Below are positions 57,552-64,000 of a stretch of 64,000 nt of DNA, in pieces. Below the pieces are notes generated by a model. The model was given only the letters and a program-made list of their open reading frames with translations, had not been told where the DNA came from and made no database searches. The translations under genes and the position numbers were made by a program. This DNA comes from an uncultured virus (IMG/VR IMGVR_UViG_3300029915_000022) (Duplodnaviria > Heunggongvirae > Uroviricota > Caudoviricetes): the IMG/VR virus record IMGVR_UViG_3300029915_000022, one strand, 5' to 3'. Every line of letters begins with the position of its first letter. Position 1 is the first letter of the stretch.

Positions 57552-58057
57552 GCTTTCACCTGCGTGTTGCCAGTTGGGGGGCCGATTTGAGCAATGATTG
57601 GATACGGGCCTGCAGTGCCGATAACTTGATCGCCTTCGCGCGCAACTAGCGCACCAGCCGCTCCAAGGCTTACGGAGCTTGATCCACTCCCAACCGTAAC
57701 AGTTGTCGCATTAACCGTTACAGTATCTGCGGTTAAAACTAACTCCGAAACGCTTGACTTCTCCCAGACAGTCGCAATGCGATTAGAAGGATCACCATTT
57801 GCGAACTCCAACAGAACGCGGGATCCTGCTTTAATCGTTGCAGTTACTCCTGGAATCCCGTAAAAAATCGGAACGTTGGAAAGAGGTGGGATCCGAGGAT
57901 CATCTGGTTGAAGCTCAAGTGTTCCATCGCCGTTCTGAAACACCACCTTGCACTTGTAAGCCGCAAGATAGTCCACTTGAGTGATAAGAAAAGATCCCAT
58001 CACCTTACGGATGAACTTCGTAAGCCCGGACAGTTTTCTGTCGAGATCATTAGGCAT
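57548..58057 (-). CDS. Baseplate spike (gpV / gp45-like)
   Basis: G.RVLLEFANGDP; VAREGD. Confidence 0.8.
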   Translation of the reverse strand: MPNDLDRKLSGLTKFIRKVMGSFLITQVDYLAAYKCKVVFQNGDGTLELQPDDPRIPPLSNVPIFYGIPGVTATIKAGSRVLLEFANGDPSNRIATVWEKSSVSELVLTADTVTVNATTVTVGSGSSSVSLGAAGALVAREGDQVIGTAGPYPIIAQIGPPTGNTQVKA

Positions 58058-58752
58058 TAGAAGTTCTCGTAAAGAATAGAGGTCTGGATTCTTCCGCTCG
58101 AAATATTGTGCGTAACTACGGAGACCTTTAGGTTCTGTTGATCTTGAATTCCGGTGCTGAACTGGAGGATTTCTCCAGGCGCGATATCCGGATCGTAAGA
58201 CCCGATCATGATAGAGGAGTGAGATGGGTCCGACTTGAGGTAGGCTGTGTTATCAAGATTAACCACAGGCCAAGTCTCGTACCCTACCCAAATCGATCCG
58301 TCGGGGACTACTCTCCAAGATGGGGTATTCGGGATGGAATCCAGGATGGCAAGGAGTGCGGAACTCCCCGGAGAAGCGAATCTCACCCATCCACCATTCA
58401 AGGTGTAGTTCAAAATTGCGGGGTCACTACTTGCAGAAAGGCTTTCGCCACTGTCTGTTAAAGCGTCGGCCAAGGGGATGCGCGCAATAACCGGGTTGTA
58501 TCCCTTGGCTTGTACCAAGGTTCCCAGCGTTCCCATACCGCCAACTACCCGGACCCGTTGACGACCTCCTAAATCTCGGCCAGACTGAAGACTAAACGCC
58601 CCCTGCCAAGTCTGACTTCCGAGAACGAATTCAGCCGTTCCAGAAGGAGCGTCAAGAGTCGCAACTGAAAGATCAGCGTGCCAAACCCCGATTCGAGGGA
58701 AGGTGACGGATCCGTCGTAGACACCGACTCCGTTAAGAGTACACTGAGCCAT
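58057..58752 (-). CDS. Baseplate hub protein
   Basis: PRIGVWHADL...WRV.PDG.IWVG.ETWP; position. Confidence 0.7.
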   Translation of the reverse strand: MAQCTLNGVGVYDGSVTFPRIGVWHADLSVATLDAPSGTAEFVLGSQTWQGAFSLQSGRDLGGRQRVRVVGGMGTLGTLVQAKGYNPVIARIPLADALTDSGESLSASSDPAILNYTLNGGWVRFASPGSSALLAILDSIPNTPSWRVVPDGSIWVGYETWPVVNLDNTAYLKSDPSHSSIMIGSYDPDIAPGEILQFSTGIQDQQNLKVSVVTHNISSGRIQTSILYENF

Positions 58753-59370
58753 TTAAGGCTTAGCTTTCGGAGTTGTCGGAGTCTTAGGAAGAGTAGAAGT
58801 CGTGACGGTTCCATCTGGATTCTGCACGTTGGCTGCACGACTCTTTAGACCACCGGCCCCTGCTGCGTTCTTCATCGTAGCGAGGTATTCAACGCACTCG
58901 ATATCGATCGTCATTAGATTATTGACGATATCAGGGATGCCTACTCTCGTGACAAAGATGTCCGTAATCTTCGCCAACCTCATTGCAGGGTGGTCGACTG
59001 ATACGGCTTTCGGTGATACCGCGGATGTCGGAGCCGGAGAGATAAGTGGCAGGAATCTCTGCAACCACTCGAATTGCTTCGGTGTCCAGATATGGATCTT
59101 CACCGAGAACTGCGCGTAATCGTACCCGTAGAAATTGAACAGAGCGCCAGAATCGCCGGGAGTCTGGTCGGCTGAGAACCGCTTAGCCCTCCCGCCTTTT
59201 ACGATCACGTAACCAGGCGCACGCATCTTCGCCATCTTGATCGTATTCCAAGGCGAGAGATACGAAGGCCAGGGGGCGCTCTCGTTGTCCGGGAGAGCGG
59301 ACCACACCGAAGCAGGTACGTTGGCGATTCCAGGATCCCAAAACGGGATCCCACTCGAGGAAGGGCTCAT
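58753..59370 (-). CDS. Tail tube initiator / baseplate protein
   Basis: Directly after tape measure; V.HP.....I motif. Confidence 0.6.
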   Translation of the reverse strand: MSPSSSGIPFWDPGIANVPASVWSALPDNESAPWPSYLSPWNTIKMAKMRAPGYVIVKGGRAKRFSADQTPGDSGALFNFYGYDYAQFSVKIHIWTPKQFEWLQRFLPLISPAPTSAVSPKAVSVDHPAMRLAKITDIFVTRVGIPDIVNNLMTIDIECVEYLATMKNAAGAGGLKSRAANVQNPDGTVTTSTLPKTPTTPKAKP

Positions 59371-61289
59371 TTTTGATCCCCTCCGGTTTGATCATTCAAG
59401 TGGTCAAAGAACTTCTGGACGATAACGTCGATCGTTTCTTTATGCGCCTTATCAGCCTGTTCTTGCAAAGCCTTGTGGTCGTGCCCGTTCCCATGAATAT
59501 GTAAATGAGATTCGACCTTAATCTCGTGCTTTACAACTTTTGGGGAGTCTTTCGATCCTGGCAACGGCGGGAGAGCGGGGTAGTCCCGCAGTAAACCCCC
59601 CTGAGGAGTTGGCTTTTCCGGGTCTGGGGTCGTAACCATGTCCACGACGCCCGCTGCGACGTTAAACGGGTGCGGAACCCACGGAAGTAGATCGTACACC
59701 GCTAGAAAGCGTTCGATTCCCGTAATGGATCGGGTAAGAATCGCATCCAGTCTGTCAAAGAAGGATTCAACCCGCGCAAGTCCACTACCCCCATCGAAAC
59801 TCTTAAACATATCTCCGAATAGATTGGCGATATGCTCAAGTTTTCCCTGGACTTTAGAATCCTGAAGAGCTATAACGAGATTATCAAAAGCTCCCAGGAA
59901 TTCCTTCCAGCCTTCAGATTGGCCGAGTTTGCCCAACATTGAATCGATGGACGCATTGAAGCGCCCCGCGATTCCGTCAAATGTTGTCTTGGCTCTTTCA
60001 AGGGAGGAATTACCGAGAGCTCCGCCCTCTTGATCCTGAATGGTCTCTTTCAGCGCTTGTGCGCCCATCTGGCCGCTGATGTACTTATGGGAGACGAGCC
60101 AGTTCGCCTGCGCAACGGAAGTCTTCTTCCCTGTGGTTAACTCAATGTCTTTTGCAAGTTTTAACCACAACTTGCTTTCGTCAACGACGCCGGTGAGGGT
60201 GCCTTTGAATGCGCGAATATTCAGGATTGGCTGGGAGAACATTTGCTCGTAAGCTGTCTCGAGCTTACCCGCTTCCCCTCCCATAACTTTCATGTCGCTG
60301 ATCGAAAGCGTCAATGCGTTGGATTCTTCTTTCGAAGCTCCAATGTTCCCGAATTCTTTCCCTTGCTGGAATAGTTCATCCGCAGGGCGACCCATTTGAC
60401 GGGACATTTCGTCGAAGCGATTCGTAGCCCAATCCGCCCCTTCGGCTCCAAAGGCATGGCGGAACCCAAGTCGGCCCTGCTCCCGAACACTGATAGCCGG
60501 GACCATACGATCCCACGTTGCTCGTAGAGCATTAAAGAAGGTGCCGACTACACTTTCTGCGATTGAGAGGGATTTGCCAGCGACGTAAGATCCTGCCGCA
60601 AAGTCAAGAATGTCGTAGCCGGATCCTTCATCCTTGACCTTCTTCCCCTGAATAACCGGTCCCTGCTCAAGCTTCTTCTTAAGCTCTAGAGCTTTAATAT
60701 GCTCTAATGTCATTTTCCGAAGGGCGGCTTCTTCCTTCGTGGCAGCGTCCGTTTCGGTCTTATGCGCTGCAATCTGATCAAGACCGCGTTTACGGGTCAA
60801 CTGCCTATCAAGATCAAAAGCTCTTGAGTGTGCAACGCCCATTGCGCGGAGAGCTTTTTCGTCCGCGGCGGTAGTATCGCCAATTTTGAAGGAATTCTGA
60901 CGCTTTTCCTCAGCCGCTTGCCACTTCCAAAAACGCTGCTGACGAATCTCGCGCCTACGCGCAACCGCATCTTCCTTAGCGGTAGCATCGTCGATTCGGA
61001 ACTTCAACTGCTCGTTTTCGATCTGACGCTCAAGCGAAGCTTTCTTATTTAGAGATTTTGCTGCATCGCGCTCATTCTGCTTCAGCATTCTATCTGCGCG
61101 AAGTAGATCCGCCTTCTGGCTGGCGGTTGGCGGAAATACTCCGCCAAACGTCTCCGTATTCACTTTCATACGGAGTTGCTGAGCCTGCAATTTCCTGATC
61201 GCAGCCGTAAGCTTGTCGATCGAACTCTGGGCTTCCGCCGCAGGTCCGCTCATCTGGTTTTCGAGCTTAACTAGGAATTCAAAAGCCAT
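59367..61289 (-). CDS. Tape measure protein
   Basis: MAFEFLVKLENQMSGPA start, long helical sequence, follows chaperone. Confidence 0.8.
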   Translation of the reverse strand: MAFEFLVKLENQMSGPAAEAQSSIDKLTAAIRKLQAQQLRMKVNTETFGGVFPPTASQKADLLRADRMLKQNERDAAKSLNKKASLERQIENEQLKFRIDDATAKEDAVARRREIRQQRFWKWQAAEEKRQNSFKIGDTTAADEKALRAMGVAHSRAFDLDRQLTRKRGLDQIAAHKTETDAATKEEAALRKMTLEHIKALELKKKLEQGPVIQGKKVKDEGSGYDILDFAAGSYVAGKSLSIAESVVGTFFNALRATWDRMVPAISVREQGRLGFRHAFGAEGADWATNRFDEMSRQMGRPADELFQQGKEFGNIGASKEESNALTLSISDMKVMGGEAGKLETAYEQMFSQPILNIRAFKGTLTGVVDESKLWLKLAKDIELTTGKKTSVAQANWLVSHKYISGQMGAQALKETIQDQEGGALGNSSLERAKTTFDGIAGRFNASIDSMLGKLGQSEGWKEFLGAFDNLVIALQDSKVQGKLEHIANLFGDMFKSFDGGSGLARVESFFDRLDAILTRSITGIERFLAVYDLLPWVPHPFNVAAGVVDMVTTPDPEKPTPQGGLLRDYPALPPLPGSKDSPKVVKHEIKVESHLHIHGNGHDHKALQEQADKAHKETIDVIVQKFFDHLNDQTGGDQK

Positions 61290-61433
61290 GAACTCCTCAT
61301 AAGCCGCGAAGGGTTATAGTTACGAGTGCGTCAGCTAGGAGCGCAGCTCCTAATTTCGCAAGTCGCCGAGGCTTACCGAGCCTGAAAGCAAGGAGAGCCC
61401 GACTGGCGAGCATCGGGTCTCCTTTTGCCGCTT

Positions 61434-61853
61434 TCAGAGATCGCTGAAATCCACCATCTCTGCTTCTTGGTCCATGCCGCCGAGGATCGCGATTTTGTCG
61501 GCAAGCGTCTGCGCAAGCGCAGGCTCTCCGCCTTCGATGATGCGATCACTGATTGCCGCGCCGTCCGGATCAACGCAATTCGCAATGGTCAAATTCTCCA
61601 TTGCAGCCTTGTTCCGCTTGGGATCTCCAATCGCTTCACGGAACGAATGCCATTGCTGGCGAGTCGGAGAACGGATCCAGAACTCTTCTCCGTTTGCGAC
61701 AACGAGCCCGATCTTCCGCTTCGGGTTCTTTGCTTCGAGCTCGGCCTTCTTTGCACGGCGTTCCGCCTTCTTCTGGTTCTCCGATGGAACTTCGTCCGGA
61801 AGTGCCATCGAAGAATCCAGGACCAAAGGCGGGGTCTTTTTCTCATCCGACAT
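61434..61853 (-). CDS. Tail assembly chaperone, with probable -1 frameshift extension to 61297
   Basis: Between tube and tape measure; G-GAT-TTC heptamer at 61452-61446. Confidence 0.75.
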   Translation of the reverse strand: MSDEKKTPPLVLDSSMALPDEVPSENQKKAERRAKKAELEAKNPKRKIGLVVANGEEFWIRSPTRQQWHSFREAIGDPKRNKAAMENLTIANCVDPDGAAISDRIIEGGEPALAQTLADKIAILGGMDQEAEMVDFSDL

Positions 61854-61872
61854 GGTAGAGCCTTTCTGTAGG

Positions 61873-62379
61873 TTACGGAGCGGCACCGGCAGACGTTGCG
61901 ATGCGGGAGAGGGCTCCGAATGCGGGAAGACCGTTCACGAGCGCGTACAATGCTACGAACGGAAGGTCAACCGCAAGTGCGTCACCGGATCCCGCGCTGA
62001 TCTTGTGGGCGTCTTCGGTGAACCGGATTCCGAAAAGTTCGTCCTTTGCGTCCGGAAGAAGCAAAGGCTGGTGTTCCTGATAGGTCACGGTTCCAAGAAT
62101 CATGGCTTCCATGAAGCCAAGTCCAAGAGCCGAGATAGTCAGGGCCAGGAAGTCGAACTCCGAACGGTACATAGTGACCCGTCCAGAAACGTTGTAGACT
62201 CCGCGAGTGAAGCCGATTGCCTGCGGAGTGAACCCTCGGACTTCGACCGGCTTCAGGCTCTGGTTCCACTCGAACTCAGAGCATCCGATAAATCGGACGC
62301 CGTTGAGAACAAGTTCGATGCTTGAAGCATCGAATCGCGGACCAGCGCCAAGCGGATAGTTGATCGGATTGGTTGCCAT
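61873..62379 (-). CDS. Tail tube protein
   Basis: Follows sheath; G....IG.TRG.Y motif. Confidence 0.8.
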   Translation of the reverse strand: MATNPINYPLGAGPRFDASSIELVLNGVRFIGCSEFEWNQSLKPVEVRGFTPQAIGFTRGVYNVSGRVTMYRSEFDFLALTISALGLGFMEAMILGTVTYQEHQPLLLPDAKDELFGIRFTEDAHKISAGSGDALAVDLPFVALYALVNGLPAFGALSRIATSAGAAP

Positions 62380-62388
62380 GGTTGTTCC

Positions 62389-64000
62389 TTAGGCTGCCGC
62401 CTGAATGGCAAGCCCTTGATTGGTGAATCCGATGTCGGCGTTGACGAAGAGAACATACCCGACCGGGACGACTCGGATAGTCGGAAGAAGCGTCTGGGTC
62501 GCGAGAAGGTTGTTGGTGCGATCAACCTGAACAACGAGACTGCTGATGTTGCTGCCAGCCCCATTCAAGATGGTATTCGTCACCCAGCTCTCGATCTTAA
62601 CAGCGTCCTTGCTGCTGATCGTCCCGTTCGGGTTGACGCGAACGGAGGCATTCAAGAACTTCAGGAGTCCTTGGTACGCCAGGGAGCAGACGATATCCAT
62701 CACCCGACCATAGGGCCAGAACGAATAGTCGCTTCCCGTCGGAGCCATGATGCGACCGGGTCCGGTGATATACGCGCCCTGCTTCCCGGAGAGGGAGGTT
62801 CCAGTCAGGAACCGGCCCGTATCCAAGCCAGGGGTTGCGAATTCGTCGCGAGTAAGCTTCACGACGCCAGGAAGAGATCCCGTATCGACCCGACCGAGTG
62901 CCTCAGACGGGACGACGCATCCGGCACGGGCGATTGCCTGCCAAGCGATCGAACGGCTCTGGACTCGTCCATTCAGCGGAGAAGTCTGGGTTTCGTACCC
63001 AGCCGCAACGGAAACTCGAGTCGAAGCCGCATTCGCATACGCAGCCAGGATCGCGGAGTCCGTATCCTGCGGAGTCTCCATCATGAGCCGCGTCCACTTG
63101 TTCATTCCCGCCGCACCGGACAAAAGAAGATCCAGTGCAGCAAGAAGCGTCGCTCCTGCCGAAGACGAAGCAGGGGCGCCGACAACGTGGATCCCGTTGC
63201 CGGGAGTAAACCGCTGATCCGCGATCAACGCGTTGAACCCGGCAGTGAGATCACTCGTCGTGCAGCTTGCACCGGTTGTCACGAACGTGAAGGTGTCCCC
63301 GACCACGTAGGTTCCGGCAGCGAACGCGAGGTACATTCCGGTGGAATTGTACGCTCCGGTCTTGTTCTGATCCACCCCGTCCGTAACAACGAAGTTGCCA
63401 GAGCTCGGGATCAGGTACGGCTGCGAAGTCGTCACTCCGCCATCAAGAGAGATGGTGAACATGCCGACGCCACGTGCGCCGCCCGTGGTAATGGTGATAA
63501 CCACAGAATAAGCGTCGACGATGCTGCTTGCCGAATGGGTCACGTCCTGGGCGTCGCTTCCGGTATTCGTGACAGTTCCGGTGGTGGCGATAAAGAACAT
63601 GTCCCCGGTAACCGCAGTACCAGCGGCGAAGGCAAGCGTCGTGTACGAGACGCCAGGAATGATCACGGTGGCAGCGGATACCCAAGGAGATCCGTAGGTG
63701 ACTCCACCATCGACCGAGGTCTGCCAAGTCGACGTTCCGACGGCTCCACCGAGAACGCATCGAATCTGGAAAGCCGTGGCAGGCTTCGCAGTGACCGTCG
63801 GTGCAACCGATCCGGTTCCGGAGTGGCTGACAGCTCCAGCGGTTCCGTACGTCGAAGGATTGACAGGGACGAGAAGGAGGTTTGCCGGGCGGACAGGTCC
63901 TGATCCGCCCGCCGTGATCGCAAGGGCAGCCGACTCGGCGACTCCTCCGCCGTTGCCAAGTTGCTTGACAAGAGAGTTATTGTCAGCTGCCGAGAGGACC
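62389..64000 (-). CDS. Tail sheath protein (DUF2586-like), 5' end beyond window
   Basis: Frame continues upstream of the ORF-track start; RDE...PGLD..RF, G.YIT...MAP.GSDY......RVMD. Confidence 0.85.
   Translation of the reverse strand, partial: VLSAADNNSLVKQLGNGGGVAESAALAITAGGSGPVRPANLLLVPVNPSTYGTAGAVSHSGTGSVAPTVTAKPATAFQIRCVLGGAVGTSTWQTSVDGGVTYGSPWVSAATVIIPGVSYTTLAFAAGTAVTGDMFFIATTGTVTNTGSDAQDVTHSASSIVDAYSVVITITTGGARGVGMFTISLDGGVTTSQPYLIPSSGNFVVTDGVDQNKTGAYNSTGMYLAFAAGTYVVGDTFTFVTTGASCTTSDLTAGFNALIADQRFTPGNGIHVVGAPASSSAGATLLAALDLLLSGAAGMNKWTRLMMETPQDTDSAILAAYANAASTRVSVAAGYETQTSPLNGRVQSRSIAWQAIARAGCVVPSEALGRVDTGSLPGVVKLTRDEFATPGLDTGRFLTGTSLSGKQGAYITGPGRIMAPTGSDYSFWPYGRVMDIVCSLAYQGLLKFLNASVRVNPNGTISSKDAVKIESWVTNTILNGAGSNISSLVVQVDRTNNLLATQTLLPTIRVVPVGYVLFVNADIGFTNQGLAIQAAA

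Noticed and set aside
62416..63903. 495-aa plus-strand ORF
   Set aside because: Antisense shadow of the tail sheath gene

Overview
The window is almost a whole circularly permuted tailed-phage genome (contractile-tail myovirus); both window ends fall inside the same minus-strand late operon. Minus strand 1-14162 and 46088-64000: Mu-like head and neck genes (TerL, DUF935-type portal, ClpP-type protease/scaffold, gpT-like capsid, gp36), sheath, tube, chaperone, tape measure, baseplate, fibre, lysozyme, a full-length phage tmRNA with an unusually long 30-residue tag, and a Mom-like DNA modification gene. Mostly plus strand 15171-46025: small early genes, a replication/recombination module (primase-helicase, Sak4-like ATPase, SSB, PD-(D/E)XK nuclease, SF2 helicase, ligase, clamp-like protein, PolA) and a 7-deazaguanine cluster (queE, queC, queD, folE, dpdA-like) with thyX. 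No integrase or transposase was seen. The strongest unexplained signal: the genome is rich in GA/TC (GATC, TCGA), yet a ~1 kb block at the early/late divergence point (14531-15547) and short islands over sigma70-like promoters are essentially free of GA/TC. I infer these are modification-free zones in hypermodified DNA. Also notable: a three-copy structured intergenic element, a five-member paralogous putative DNA-binding family, Ser-X repeat peptides, and a PolA with paired E710Q/Y766F-equivalent substitutions. All calls come from reading motifs by eye; no searches were run.
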